A stretch of 55,630 nt of DNA from Candidatus Nomurabacteria bacterium (GTDB lineage: Bacteria; Patescibacteriota; Minisyncoccia; Phycocordibacterales; CAIJYI01): assembly GCA_943356445.1 (NCBI GenBank), contig CALREZ010000002.1, positions 54,473-110,102 of the forward strand, in the 5' to 3' direction. The notes under the pieces are model-generated. The model did no database searches. It was not told the origin of the DNA and worked only from the letters and a program-made list of their open reading frames with translations. Positions 9,680 through 18,485 of the stretch are shown piece by piece. Made by a program: the position numbers and the translations under genes. Positions within the stretch are counted from its first letter, which is position 1; each line of letters opens with the position of its first letter.

Positions 9680-9823
9680 ATGCCACCGAGCAATTCATTT
9701 GAGAAATTGGAAGGAGACGACTTCGCGAGCAGAGAAAGGGGGTTGTTTGAGCATGCGGAGAACAAAAAAGCCGCGATGGTAATGGAACTCGTTACTCGCC
9801 GTCTGATGGAAAATGCGGGGTAA
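9680..9823 (+). CDS. Possible small ORF (47 aa)
   Basis: ATG..TAA ORF MPPSNSFEKLEGDDFASRERGLFEHAENKKAAMVMELVTRRLMENAG, below the 60-aa cut-off of the ORF track. It ends 9 nt before the next ORF. No homology argument is available. Confidence 0.3.
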   Translation: MPPSNSFEKLEGDDFASRERGLFEHAENKKAAMVMELVTRRLMENAG

Positions 9824-9832
9824 TACAACTTT

Positions 9833-10105
9833 ATGGACAATAAAAATTTTCCCGAATTAAAAAAACTTATCTTTGACGCGGATCTTTCTTTTTCCGAGAA
9901 AGAAGATTTGGCGTGGCTTTTTGCGGAAGCAACCGAAGAAGAGGTGCAGGCCGCCATTGATCTTTTTAAGGAAGATCAGGTCTGGATCAAGAAGATAAGC
10001 GATAATTATCACACCAAAAAGATCGCTCTCCTTGCCGACGACGCCGAAATGTGGAAGAAAATACTGGAGGAAGAAGAGAAAATGCTGAAAAAGAAAGAAA
10101 AATAA
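9833..10105 (+). CDS. Hypothetical protein (90 aa, acidic)
   Basis: ORF followed by a terminator hairpin. The overlapping minus-strand ORF 9655-9957 looks spurious. Confidence 0.5.
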   Translation: MDNKNFPELKKLIFDADLSFSEKEDLAWLFAEATEEEVQAAIDLFKEDQVWIKKISDNYHTKKIALLADDAEMWKKILEEEEKMLKKKEK

Positions 10106-10120
10106 GGTTATCTTTTAAAA

Positions 10121-10150
10121 AGACGAAAGCAAAAAGCTCTCGTCTTTTTT
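10121..10150 (+). terminator. Intrinsic terminator
   Basis: agacgaaagc aaaaa gctctcgtct gives a 10-bp stem with one mismatch, followed by ttttt. Confidence 0.6.
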
Positions 10151-10160
10151 AGAAAAAATC

Positions 10161-10287
10161 AACTATAAAATCCAAAATTTAAAATTACAAGCTCCAAACA
10201 AATTCCAATATCAAAATATCAATTTTTAATTTTGGATTTAAACCTTTGATTTTTATTTGGAACTTGGAGTTTTGGTTTTGGTGCTTA
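10161..10287. repeat. AT-rich imperfect palindromic element, homologous to the element at 21292-21420
   Basis: It shares caag(c/t)tccaaa(c/t)aaattccaata (10188-10210 versus 21312-21334), an identical 15-mer tttatttggaacttg (10252-10266 versus 21385-21399) and the terminal ttggtgctta. Internal arms aaatccaaaatt / aattttggattt. Confidence 0.65.
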
Positions 10288-10301
10288 TTTTAGAGTCGGG
10301 A

Positions 10302-10715
10302 TTACTTTATTGATTCCATTATTTTTGCTGCCAATCCTTTTTCTTCCCCGTTCTCATACGGCATGCTTTTTTCCCAGCTTTTTAGTCCGTCATCTTTGAA
10401 TCGGGGAATAATATGTACGTGAGCGTGGAAAACCGCTTGTCCTGCCGAGGCTTCATTATTCATAATGATATTCACTCCGTCAGCTTTTGTTCCTTCGTAT
10501 ACTCCTCGCGTTATTTTTTGTACGGCAAGAGCGAGATCGGCAAGAGTCTGCTCGTCCATGTCCATGATATTTCGGCTGTGTTTTTTGGGAACGACGAGCG
10601 TGTGCCCGTGATTATTCGGAGCCGTGCTGAAAAAAGCGAATACTTTTTCATCTTCGTAGATTTTGGTGGAAGGAATTTCTCCCGCGATTATTTTACAGAA
10701 AATGCAGTCATTCAT
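10302..10715 (-). CDS. HIT-family (histidine triad) nucleotide hydrolase
   Basis: N-terminal CIFCKIIAGEIP and the histidine triad HAHVHIIP. The start is taken at the internal ATG (MNDCIFCK), which removes the overlap with the upstream gene. Confidence 0.85.
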   Translation of the reverse strand: MNDCIFCKIIAGEIPSTKIYEDEKVFAFFSTAPNNHGHTLVVPKKHSRNIMDMDEQTLADLALAVQKITRGVYEGTKADGVNIIMNNEASAGQAVFHAHVHIIPRFKDDGLKSWEKSMPYENGEEKGLAAKIMESIK

Positions 10716-10719
10716 GTTT

Positions 10720-11022
10720 TTACAGTTTTTTACGGAAATGTTCCTCGGCGGCGGCAATTTCATGTTCATGAAAACGTCCGCTGTCTTTCATTTGTTTTAC
10801 GATCTCGTCAACTTCTTCCGGCATAATGCCGTTTTTCCATTCTTTTCCTTCATAATGGTCTTTATTTGCCATTGAGCCCTCTACGATAGCTTTAAATTCA
10901 TGATACTTTTGATCGTTAAAACCGGCCGAGTGTTTGATTTCCCCGTATAAACCCGAAGAAAAGGTTGAACCCTCCAATTCTTTTTTGGTAATGCGTTTCG
11001 GCGAGGATGAAAAAAAGCCCAT
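10720..11022 (-). CDS. Hypothetical protein (100 aa)
   Basis: ORF directly upstream of, and co-oriented with, the HIT gene. No recognisable motif. Confidence 0.5.
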   Translation of the reverse strand: MGFFSSSPKRITKKELEGSTFSSGLYGEIKHSAGFNDQKYHEFKAIVEGSMANKDHYEGKEWKNGIMPEEVDEIVKQMKDSGRFHEHEIAAAEEHFRKKL

Positions 11023-11118
11023 AAGATCAATTTGTTAAGAATAATACCTATTATAGTACACCATTCGCCTTTCTATCAAGGCCGTTTTTTGGTTCTTTCG
11101 TGGTAAAATAGACGGACT

Positions 11119-12792
11119 ATGGAAACCGGTTTTGAAAAATTTTCTCCTTTGACGCGGAAACTTTTAGATTCGCGGGGTATTACCGTTCTTTCGGAGGCGG
11201 AGAAATTTTTGCATCCGGATTGGGGTCGCGACAGTTATGACCCTTTTTTGATTCTCAATATGGAAAAAGCGGTGGAACGGATACTGCGGGCGATAAAAAA
11301 TGAGGAAAAGATTGTGGTGTATACCGATTACGACTGCGATGGTATACCCGCGGGTGTTATATTGCATGATTTTTTCAAAAAAATAGAGTATTCCAACTTC
11401 GAGAATTATATTCCTCATCGCCATGATGAAGGATATGGAGTGAATATCCCCGCCGTTCTGAAATTCGCGGAAAACGGGATAACCTTGATGATAACCGCTG
11501 ATCTCGGCATTACCGATACCGAGGCGGTCGCGCGGGCGCAGGAACTGGGTATTGACGTTATTGTAACCGACCATCATATTGCGCAAGAAGGAAAGGTACC
11601 GAACGCTTACGCCGTACTTGATTCCAAACAAACCGAGGATACGTATCCTGATCCGATGCTCTGCGGAGCCGGCGTAGCATTTAAGTTGGTACAGGCGCTT
11701 ATCCAAAGAGGGGGGTTTCTGAAAATTACCGACGGTTGGGAAAAGTGGCTTTTGGATATGGCGGGACTTTCCACGATCGCGGATATGGTTCCTTTGAAAA
11801 ACGAAAACCGGCTTTTGGCGTATTACGGGTTGAAGGTTTTGAGAAAAAGTCGTCGTCCCGGACTCAATCTTTTATTGCAGAAAATAAAAGTGAACAAAGA
11901 GCATCTGACGGAGGACGATATCGGTTTTATGATAGCGCCCCGAATCAATGCTTCCAGCCGCATGGATCACCCGCTTCGCGCTTTTGAATTGCTTTCCACT
12001 CAGGATCTCGCGCAAGCGGAAGAACTTGCCGATTGGCTCAATCAATTGAACGACAAAAGAAAAGGAATGGTGGCGGCGATGATCAAGGAGGCAAAACAGC
12101 GTTTGCGGGCGAGAGAACTTTTTGAGGTAATCGTTCTTGGACATCCTGAATGGGAACCGGGGTTGCTCGGGTTGGCAGCCAACAACTTGATGGAAGAATT
12201 CAACCGCCCGGTCTTCGTGTGGGGAAGAGATACCGATGGAAAAATAAAAGGCTCGTGCCGCTCGGATGGAACGGTGTCGCTCGTGGAACTTATGACCCGA
12301 GCGAGAGAAGGCGTATTTTTGCAATTCGGCGGTCATGCGGAGGCGGGAGGATTTACGGTTTCTTCAGAGGGAATACATACTTTGGAAAAAGAACTTTCAG
12401 AAGTTTATCGGGCGATGGAGAAAAAAATAAAAGCTGAATCGGTCGCGGTGGACGACGAACTTTTGTTAGACGACGTGAATTGGAATACATACAAAGAAGT
12501 GGAAGCCTTCGCTCCATTCGGCGTGGAAAATCCGAAACCTGTTTTCTTGTTCAAGAACTCCGAAATCATCGCCGTCAAAAAATTCGGAAAACAGAAAGAA
12601 CACCTTGAACTGGAATTCAGAAACTCGCGAGGAAACAAAATTCCCGCCATTGGCTTTTTTGTCGGCGAAAAAGATTTCCCGAAAGTCCTCCTCGGCGCAG
12701 GGGAGAAAGTGAACCTCGTTGCTACGCTGGAAAAATCCGTATTCCGAAATTACCCGGAATTGCGATTAAGGATTGTTGACATTTTTAAATAA
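11119..12792 (+). CDS. recJ: Single-stranded-DNA-specific exonuclease RecJ
   Basis: DHH-family motifs YTDYDCDGI, ITADLG and VTDHH, plus a DHHA1-type GGHAEAGG. 557 aa. Confidence 0.9.
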   Translation: METGFEKFSPLTRKLLDSRGITVLSEAEKFLHPDWGRDSYDPFLILNMEKAVERILRAIKNEEKIVVYTDYDCDGIPAGVILHDFFKKIEYSNFENYIPHRHDEGYGVNIPAVLKFAENGITLMITADLGITDTEAVARAQELGIDVIVTDHHIAQEGKVPNAYAVLDSKQTEDTYPDPMLCGAGVAFKLVQALIQRGGFLKITDGWEKWLLDMAGLSTIADMVPLKNENRLLAYYGLKVLRKSRRPGLNLLLQKIKVNKEHLTEDDIGFMIAPRINASSRMDHPLRAFELLSTQDLAQAEELADWLNQLNDKRKGMVAAMIKEAKQRLRARELFEVIVLGHPEWEPGLLGLAANNLMEEFNRPVFVWGRDTDGKIKGSCRSDGTVSLVELMTRAREGVFLQFGGHAEAGGFTVSSEGIHTLEKELSEVYRAMEKKIKAESVAVDDELLLDDVNWNTYKEVEAFAPFGVENPKPVFLFKNSEIIAVKKFGKQKEHLELEFRNSRGNKIPAIGFFVGEKDFPKVLLGAGEKVNLVATLEKSVFRNYPELRLRIVDIFK

Positions 12793-12836
12793 AAATACTA
12801 CTTTAGAATGAGATTGTTTTTTTTTGAGGAGAAAAA

Positions 12837-12971
12837 ATGACTCGTAAAGTTACCGCTTGGGTACTTTTTATTTTAAGCGTCGCGTATTTGACTCCGGCTT
12901 TTTTTGGGATATTTTCTTGGGGTATGATTCTCAACTTGATTGCTCTTTTTCTTCTTCCTCGCTATATGTGA
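12837..12971 (+). CDS. Possible small membrane protein (44 aa)
   Basis: MTRKVTAWVLFILSVAYLTPAFFGIFSWGMILNLIALFLLPRYM. A GAGGAG ribosome-binding site lies 7 nt upstream, and the ORF has its own terminator hairpin downstream. Confidence 0.4.
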   Translation: MTRKVTAWVLFILSVAYLTPAFFGIFSWGMILNLIALFLLPRYM

Positions 12972-12989
12972 AATTGAAGAAAAAATAAC

Positions 12990-13016
12990 GGCGGCACAAC
13001 TTTGTGTCGCCTTTTC
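12990..13016 (+). terminator. Intrinsic terminator
   Basis: ggcggcaca actt tgtgtcgcc gives a 9-bp stem with one G-U pair, followed by ttttc. Confidence 0.6.
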
Positions 13017-13055
13017 TATTTCTCATTCTCTCAAAAATTTGTTAGCATTACTCGT

Positions 13056-13766
13056 ATGAAAAATAAAAATATCATTTCAATTTTTACAGACGGTTCATCG
13101 CTCGGAAATCCTGGCCCGGGCGGCTGGGGGGCGATCGTTATTTTTGACGGCAAGGTGAAAGAACTCGGCGGGGAAGAGAAGCCGACGACGAACAATCGCA
13201 TGGAACTTTCCGCCGCAATCGGAGCGCTTGAATTTGTCGGAAACACCGATAAACAAATTGTTCTGCATACCGACTCAAGTTATGTTATTAATGGCATCAC
13301 GAAGTGGGTCTTCGGGTGGAGAAAAAATAATTGGATCACTTCCACAAAAACCGAAGTCATCAACCGCGACCTCTGGGAAAAACTTTCAGATGTCGTCGTG
13401 GGAAAAAAGATCGAATGGAAACACGTCGACGGACATGTGAATGTGGCGGGAAACGAGAGAGCCGATCGGATCGCCGTTTCGTTCGCGGAAGGGAAACCGG
13501 AAAAACTTTTTGAAGGAAATTTTTCAGAATACGGAATACCGAACATTTTGGATATTTCGCATGACATCAGACAGAAAGAGAATCGCACAAAAAACAGACA
13601 GCATTCCGGCGCGAAAGCCTACTCGTATGTGAGTTTGGTGGATGGAAAAATTATGACGCATCAGACATGGGCGGAGTGCGAGGCGAGAGTGAAAGGAAAG
13701 AAAGCGAAATACAAAAAAGCGATCTCAAAAGAAGACGAAAATAAAATCATCGGAGAGTGGAAATAA
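13056..13766 (+). CDS. rnhA: Ribonuclease HI with a C-terminal hybrid-binding-domain-like extension
   Basis: RNase H core: FTDGSSLGNPGPGGWG, NNRMELSA, HTDSSYV, GNERAD. The C-terminal 45 aa (YSYVSLVDGKIMTHQTWAECEARVKGKKAKYKKAISKEDE) fit the RNase H1 / Cauli_VI hybrid-binding-domain pattern. The start is taken at the internal ATG (MKNKNIISIF) downstream of the terminator. Confidence 0.85.
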   Translation: MKNKNIISIFTDGSSLGNPGPGGWGAIVIFDGKVKELGGEEKPTTNNRMELSAAIGALEFVGNTDKQIVLHTDSSYVINGITKWVFGWRKNNWITSTKTEVINRDLWEKLSDVVVGKKIEWKHVDGHVNVAGNERADRIAVSFAEGKPEKLFEGNFSEYGIPNILDISHDIRQKENRTKNRQHSGAKAYSYVSLVDGKIMTHQTWAECEARVKGKKAKYKKAISKEDENKIIGEWK

Positions 13767-13782
13767 AAATTCTCTCTGTTAT

Positions 13783-13813
13783 AAAAAGTTCCGTCAGATG
13801 ACGGAACTTTTTT
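13783..13813. terminator. Bidirectional terminator between rnhA and the deacetylase gene
   Basis: aaaaagttccgtc agat gacggaacttttt, a stem with an A-run and a T-run on either side. Confidence 0.8.
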
Positions 13814-14774
13814 AATTTTCTTTTTTCTCCAGCATTCGTTTGAAATCTTCGAGATGGTCTGTTACGATGAATGCCCGAAGCGTGTACCGATCTTCTTTGC
13901 TTTGCACGGTTCCTTTTCGGAGAGATCTTGCGGTTTTGTACCCGGCGCGTTTTACTTCTTCAATGCTGCTGGTTCCGTGTTCTCCGAATGGGTAAGCAAA
14001 TGAAGTAATTGGAACTCCGATGCTTTCTTCCAGAATGGTCTTGCTGTCGGCAATCTCTTTTTTCAGTTCCATCGGGTCGGTAATGTCGTCAAGGTACGGA
14101 TGAAATTTTGTGTGCGATCCGATTTCCATTCCCGCTTTTTGCATTTCCCTTGTCTCGTTCCAGCTCAGATGATTTCCATGATCAAGCGAATTCGTAAAGA
14201 CATAAAAAGTTCCCGTCACCCCGTACTCTTTCAATAGAGGGAAAGCGTAGGCGTATTGGTTCCTCCACGAATCGTCAAAAGAAAGTATGACTGGCTTCGG
14301 CGGTAAAACCGTTTCACCGTCAAAGTACTTGCCGAGCGTCTCAAAGGAAATTGTTGTGAAACCCTCTTGTTTTAAGTATTTTATGTGCTCGCGCAAAAGC
14401 TCGGGCGTGACATCAAACATTTCTTGTTCTGCCGATTCTCCTTCTATGTGAGGACGAACGCTATGATAGACAGCGATCGGAACGATCGCGTCTTTTACTT
14501 CCAGTATTTTTAGTGTTGTTGTCGCTGTATTGTCTTGTTTGGAATTCCATTCGCTGACGGCGGCAAGCGATTTGATTTCCGAAAAAGAAAAAGCGTTGAG
14601 TCCGATGGTTGCCCCGAATGCCGCGCCGAAAAGAAAGACGGAAATGGTTCGGAGTGATAATGGGGTGTATGACTGTTTCACGGTATCGCCATTATATAGC
14701 AAGGACGGAACTTTTGCACATTTCTTCTTTTTTATTACAATAGATTGAATGATTCGGCAATTCCGATTTTGCAT
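13812..14774 (-). CDS. Polysaccharide deacetylase (NodB-homology domain), membrane-anchored
   Basis: LSFDDSWRNQY, HLSWNE and GSHTKFHP motifs, plus an N-terminal TM segment. The ATG at 14774 overlaps the divergent comEC start. An internal GTG at 14681, 8 nt after a TATAAT, is an alternative start. Confidence 0.8.
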   Translation of the reverse strand: MQNRNCRIIQSIVIKKKKCAKVPSLLYNGDTVKQSYTPLSLRTISVFLFGAAFGATIGLNAFSFSEIKSLAAVSEWNSKQDNTATTTLKILEVKDAIVPIAVYHSVRPHIEGESAEQEMFDVTPELLREHIKYLKQEGFTTISFETLGKYFDGETVLPPKPVILSFDDSWRNQYAYAFPLLKEYGVTGTFYVFTNSLDHGNHLSWNETREMQKAGMEIGSHTKFHPYLDDITDPMELKKEIADSKTILEESIGVPITSFAYPFGEHGTSSIEEVKRAGYKTARSLRKGTVQSKEDRYTLRAFIVTDHLEDFKRMLEKKEN

Positions 14775-16197
14775 GTTCGGATTTTTCGGAGGCGTGGCTT
14801 TTGCTTCGCTCTTTCATTTTGGAATAGCCTTCGCTTTCTTTGTCGGTTTTCTTTGGTTGCTCGCTTTTCTTTTGTCTTTGCCGGAGACGCGCGTTCGCGT
14901 TTTGTCTCTTGTCCTTTTGTTTTTTGCTCTTGGTTGTTTCCGAATGGAACTCGTTCCGACCGGAGCGGATTCCTCTTTGAAGGATTTTTCCGGGCAGACT
15001 ATTTCGGTTGAAGGAGTAATTGCGGAAGAACCCGATGTCAGAGAAAATTCCGCGAGACTCGTTGTTGATGTTCAGGGCGAACGGCTCTTGATTGTCGCAA
15101 AAAAATATCCGGAATTTGAATACGGAGAAAAAATTTCTTTGACGGGAAAGATCGGTTTGCCGGAAAACTTTGCGAACGATAACGGACGCGAGTTTGATTA
15201 CGTTTCATATCTCGCGAAGGATGGAATTTTTTACGAAATGGCTTTTCCGAAAATTGAAGTTCTTGCAAAAGGACAGGGAAATCCTCTCATCTCTTTTTTG
15301 TATAAGATAAAGAACGCGGCGGAGGATAAGGTTTCCCAAATTCTCCCAGAACCGGAAGCAGGACTGCTTCTCGGACTTCTCTTCGGCGCGAAACGAGCGC
15401 TCGGTGCCGATATCATGGAAATGTTTCGCGTTGCCGGCATCGTGCACATCGTCGTTCTTTCCGGATACAACATTACTCTCGTCTCCGACTTTTTTACGCG
15501 AGTGTTTTTACTTCTTCCCATTTCAAAAATTTCGGCATCTTTCGTCGGAGGAATTGGGGTCGTACTTTTTGCCGTTATGACAGGGACGGGCGCGTCTACT
15601 TTGCGCGCCGTCATCATGGCGCTTCTTGCTATCTTCGCTCGCGCTACCGGACGGACAAGCGATGCTCTTCATCTTCTTTTTGTCACCGCATTTTTCATGG
15701 TGCTTTGGAATCCTCTTTCTCTTTTATACGACCCATCGTTTCAGCTTTCTTTTTTGGCGACATTCGGATTGTTTGCTCTCGGCCCGGAACTTTCTTTGCG
15801 GCTTTCTTCTGTGACGGCAAAATGGGGAATCCGAGAAACTCTTTCCGCAACGCTTTCTACTCAAATTTTTGTTTTGCCTCTACTGCTTTATGAAACGGGA
15901 ATGTTCTCGGTCGTCGCCCTTCCGGTAAATCTGATTGTTCTTCCTCTCTTGCCTCTGGCCATGTTCTTCGGATCACTCGCGACGCTTCTCGGTTTCATTA
16001 CTCCGTTCGGAACCTTTTTCAGTTTCCCCGTGTTCCTTCTTTTGTCTGCCGTGTTCTCCGTGTCGTCATTCTTTTCCGAACTCCCGTTCTCGTCATTTAC
16101 CGTCCCGCCATTTTCTTCTGCCGTCCTCTTTTCTATTTATTTTCTCTACGCGGCAATTTTCCTCATTGCAAAAAAACAGAAACACCTCGGCGATTAG
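14749..16197 (+). CDS. comEC: ComEC/Rec2 DNA-uptake channel protein, N-terminal OB-like plus competence (membrane) domains only
   Basis: 482 aa polytopic membrane protein. It has an extracytoplasmic insert (ISVEGVIAEEPDVRENSARLVV) and the competence-domain string GIVHIVVLSGYNITLV. No metallo-beta-lactamase domain in this ORF. Confidence 0.8.
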   Translation: MIRQFRFCMFGFFGGVAFASLFHFGIAFAFFVGFLWLLAFLLSLPETRVRVLSLVLLFFALGCFRMELVPTGADSSLKDFSGQTISVEGVIAEEPDVRENSARLVVDVQGERLLIVAKKYPEFEYGEKISLTGKIGLPENFANDNGREFDYVSYLAKDGIFYEMAFPKIEVLAKGQGNPLISFLYKIKNAAEDKVSQILPEPEAGLLLGLLFGAKRALGADIMEMFRVAGIVHIVVLSGYNITLVSDFFTRVFLLLPISKISASFVGGIGVVLFAVMTGTGASTLRAVIMALLAIFARATGRTSDALHLLFVTAFFMVLWNPLSLLYDPSFQLSFLATFGLFALGPELSLRLSSVTAKWGIRETLSATLSTQIFVLPLLLYETGMFSVVALPVNLIVLPLLPLAMFFGSLATLLGFITPFGTFFSFPVFLLLSAVFSVSSFFSELPFSSFTVPPFSSAVLFSIYFLYAAIFLIAKKQKHLGD

Positions 16198-16219
16198 GAC
16201 GAGGTGTTTCTGTTTTTTT
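16171..16219. terminator. Bidirectional terminator
   Basis: Perfect 19-bp stem aaaaaacagaaacacctcg / cgaggtgtttctgtttttt, overlapping the comEC stop codon and lying next to the convergent methyltransferase stop. Confidence 0.85.
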
Positions 16220-16892
16220 AAAAAGTTTTTTGCGCGTAGACGCAGATGCTGCGGCGTTTGGCTCCGCTCTTGCGGAGATGTCCGTGGGATTTGGTTATCT
16301 TTTTTATTTCCAGTTTTGGTGCAAGCGTTTCAACAATCTCTTCTTCCGTCCAAACGTGTTCAAGCGCTCCGATTCTCGGGTGGATGTACGATCCGGGTTC
16401 GTCAGCCGGATAATCATGAAGCATTCGCTCGGCATTTTTGTCGCCCTCAAGAAGAAAAGTTTTCCAGAAGAGCCACCCGCCGGGTTTGAGCACTCGGTAG
16501 ATCTCATTCAATAATTGTTCGCGCTCCGACCCTCGGAGAAAATGCGAGGTCATCATATCAAGGACGATGTCTTGCGATTCATCGGCGACCGGAATCAATT
16601 CTTTGATTGATCGTACAAAAAATTCAATCGGCAATCCGTCGGTCGCTTTTTTTGCTTGCGAGATTGCTTCGCTTGAAATGTCGTAACCGACTCCGTGTAT
16701 GCCGAATTCTCGGGCGAGGTATAAAATGTTTCGGCCGTTTCCCGTACCGAGATCAAGGACGGAACTGGTGGGGTTCAAATGTTCTTTGCCGGTTTCTCGT
16801 TCCAGCCATCGGATAAATTTTTCCAGGTCTTCGCTTTGGTTCGTTGAAAGAGTAAGGTGTTGACCCTTCTTATACTCTTGATTCCAGAACAT
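16218..16892 (-). CDS. Class I SAM-dependent methyltransferase
   Basis: VLDLGTGNGRN glycine-rich SAM motif and LKPGGW. The start is taken at MFWNQEYKK (ATG at 16892), which has GGAGGA 7 nt upstream. Confidence 0.8.
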   Translation of the reverse strand: MFWNQEYKKGQHLTLSTNQSEDLEKFIRWLERETGKEHLNPTSSVLDLGTGNGRNILYLAREFGIHGVGYDISSEAISQAKKATDGLPIEFFVRSIKELIPVADESQDIVLDMMTSHFLRGSEREQLLNEIYRVLKPGGWLFWKTFLLEGDKNAERMLHDYPADEPGSYIHPRIGALEHVWTEEEIVETLAPKLEIKKITKSHGHLRKSGAKRRSICVYAQKTF

Positions 16893-17011
16893 CGTCTTTC
16901 CTCCGTGGTGTTTTGCATACGGTTTTTTCATAAGGACATTAAAACACAATAATTGGTTTGGCACAACTTACACCCTCGCTTTTCTTCCTCTTTTCCTATA
17001 CACTGTTTTCT

Positions 17012-17776
17012 ATGATAAAAGAAGAAGACATTTATATATACGGCAAACACGCGGTGGAGGAAGCGCTTCGCGCGAAACCAAAATCGGTGAAAAAGATCTT
17101 TCTTTCTCAAGAACTGGATGACCCGAAAGTTGCCCGGCTTATTTCTGAAAATAAAATTCCGGTTTCTTTCGTGACAAAAGACAAAATGCCGTCGGGTACC
17201 GATACTGCGGTTCATCAGGGCGTTGCCGCCGCAATCTCTCTCAATGCTCTCGTTCGTCCGTATGATGAGTTCATAAAAGATCTTGAAGTCGGCCCCGATA
17301 CGGTGATTGCCGTTCTTGGAGAAATTCAAGATCCGCAAAACGTTGGAGCGGTGATACGATCCGCGGCAGCCTTTGGTATTACGGCCGTGCTTCTTCCCGA
17401 ACATAATCAGGCTCCCGTCACCGGAACGGTCGTTAAAGTTTCTGCCGGAATGGTATTTCGCATGCCGATCGTTTCCATCGGCAATGTGAATCTCACTTTG
17501 CGCGATTTGAAAGATCGCGGTTTCTGGGTGTATGGTCTCGCTGCCGAAGGGGAACAATCTCTTTCGGAAGAAAAATTTGACGCGCCGACCGTTTTTGTCC
17601 TCGGGAATGAAATGAAGGGAATACGCGAAAAAACCCGCGATGTCTGCGACGTGCTTCTCTCTATCCCGATTGCTCCCCGTTGTGAATCGCTGAATGCTGC
17701 CACGGCCGCAAGCGTATCTTTTTATGCCTGGAGTGTGAAACATCCGAATGCTGTTTCTTCGGAGGGAAAAAAATAA
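17012..17776 (+). CDS. rlmB: TrmH/SpoU-family RNA 2'-O-methyltransferase (RlmB-like)
   Basis: N-terminal substrate-binding-like segment IYGKHAVEEAL. SpoU motifs DPQNVGAVIRSA, GNEMKGI and SLNAATAASV. The start is taken at MIKEEDIYIYG. Confidence 0.8.
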   Translation: MIKEEDIYIYGKHAVEEALRAKPKSVKKIFLSQELDDPKVARLISENKIPVSFVTKDKMPSGTDTAVHQGVAAAISLNALVRPYDEFIKDLEVGPDTVIAVLGEIQDPQNVGAVIRSAAAFGITAVLLPEHNQAPVTGTVVKVSAGMVFRMPIVSIGNVNLTLRDLKDRGFWVYGLAAEGEQSLSEEKFDAPTVFVLGNEMKGIREKTRDVCDVLLSIPIAPRCESLNAATAASVSFYAWSVKHPNAVSSEGKK

Positions 17777-17787
17777 GAAAAGAAAAC

Positions 17788-17816
17788 TCCTCCGGTGTAT
17801 GCCGGAGGAATTTTTA
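17788..17816. terminator. Bidirectional terminator
   Basis: tcctccgg tgtatg ccggagga gives an 8-bp stem followed by attttt, between convergent genes. Confidence 0.7.
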
Positions 17817-17820
17817 AATG

Positions 17821-18402
17821 CTATGTTTCAATCTCTTTTACTATTTCCTCGCTGTTCATGAAACGGTAGAAGACCGTCATAACAACGAGGGCTATGAGGG
17901 TCATGATGATGGCATAGTTCCCGAAGACTTTGGAGCTCTTGCCGAAGTAGTATCCAATGGCGAGGAATGGCAATGTCCAAATAACGGAAGTAATGGAAAT
18001 GATGGCGGTATAAAGAATGCGGTTCATTTTAGCAAGTCCGGCGGGAATGGGGATGAAAACCTTGAGAGCGGGAACGAGCTTTCCAATAGCAAGGAACCAG
18101 ACACCCTTTTTTTGAAAAGCAAGCTGTACCTTGCGTATTTCTTTTTCTCTAAACATTGGAAACTTCACGAGATAACGCATTCCTTTTTCTCTTGCAATTT
18201 CATAAAGAATGATGTTTCCGATGGTATTCCCCAGTGCTCCCGCGAAGATGACGAGCGATAGGTTCAGATTTCCCGTGAAGACAAAATATCCCGAAATAAT
18301 GTAGAGCACCTGACTGGAAGGAAAAGAAATGAGACCGTTCGCTATCATAAGAGCAAAAATTCCCAGATAGCTGAAGGAGATAATTATGGCTTCCGTATTC
18401 AT
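17821..18402 (-). CDS. DedA-family (SNARE-associated) membrane protein
   Basis: FPSSQVLYIISGYF and GALGNTIGNIILYEIAREKG. Polytopic. The start is taken at MNTEAIII. Confidence 0.8.
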   Translation of the reverse strand: MNTEAIIISFSYLGIFALMIANGLISFPSSQVLYIISGYFVFTGNLNLSLVIFAGALGNTIGNIILYEIAREKGMRYLVKFPMFREKEIRKVQLAFQKKGVWFLAIGKLVPALKVFIPIPAGLAKMNRILYTAIISITSVIWTLPFLAIGYYFGKSSKVFGNYAIIMTLIALVVMTVFYRFMNSEEIVKEIET

Positions 18403-18485
18403 GAGGTAAATTGTAACATACCGAGGTTCTTTTTCGCTATTTTCTTTTTTCAGGTATAATGGAAAAATAAAACCTACTAACACTT

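Noticed and set aside
13002-13055. Upstream extension of the RNase H ORF
   Set aside because: It overlaps the terminator hairpin at 12990-13016. RNase H homology begins right after the internal ATG at 13056.
16928-17743. 271-aa ORF antisense to the rlmB-like gene
   Set aside because: Its composition is Arg/Phe/Ile-rich and low-complexity, with no motif. It fully overlaps a well-supported SpoU-family gene on the other strand, so it is a typical shadow ORF.
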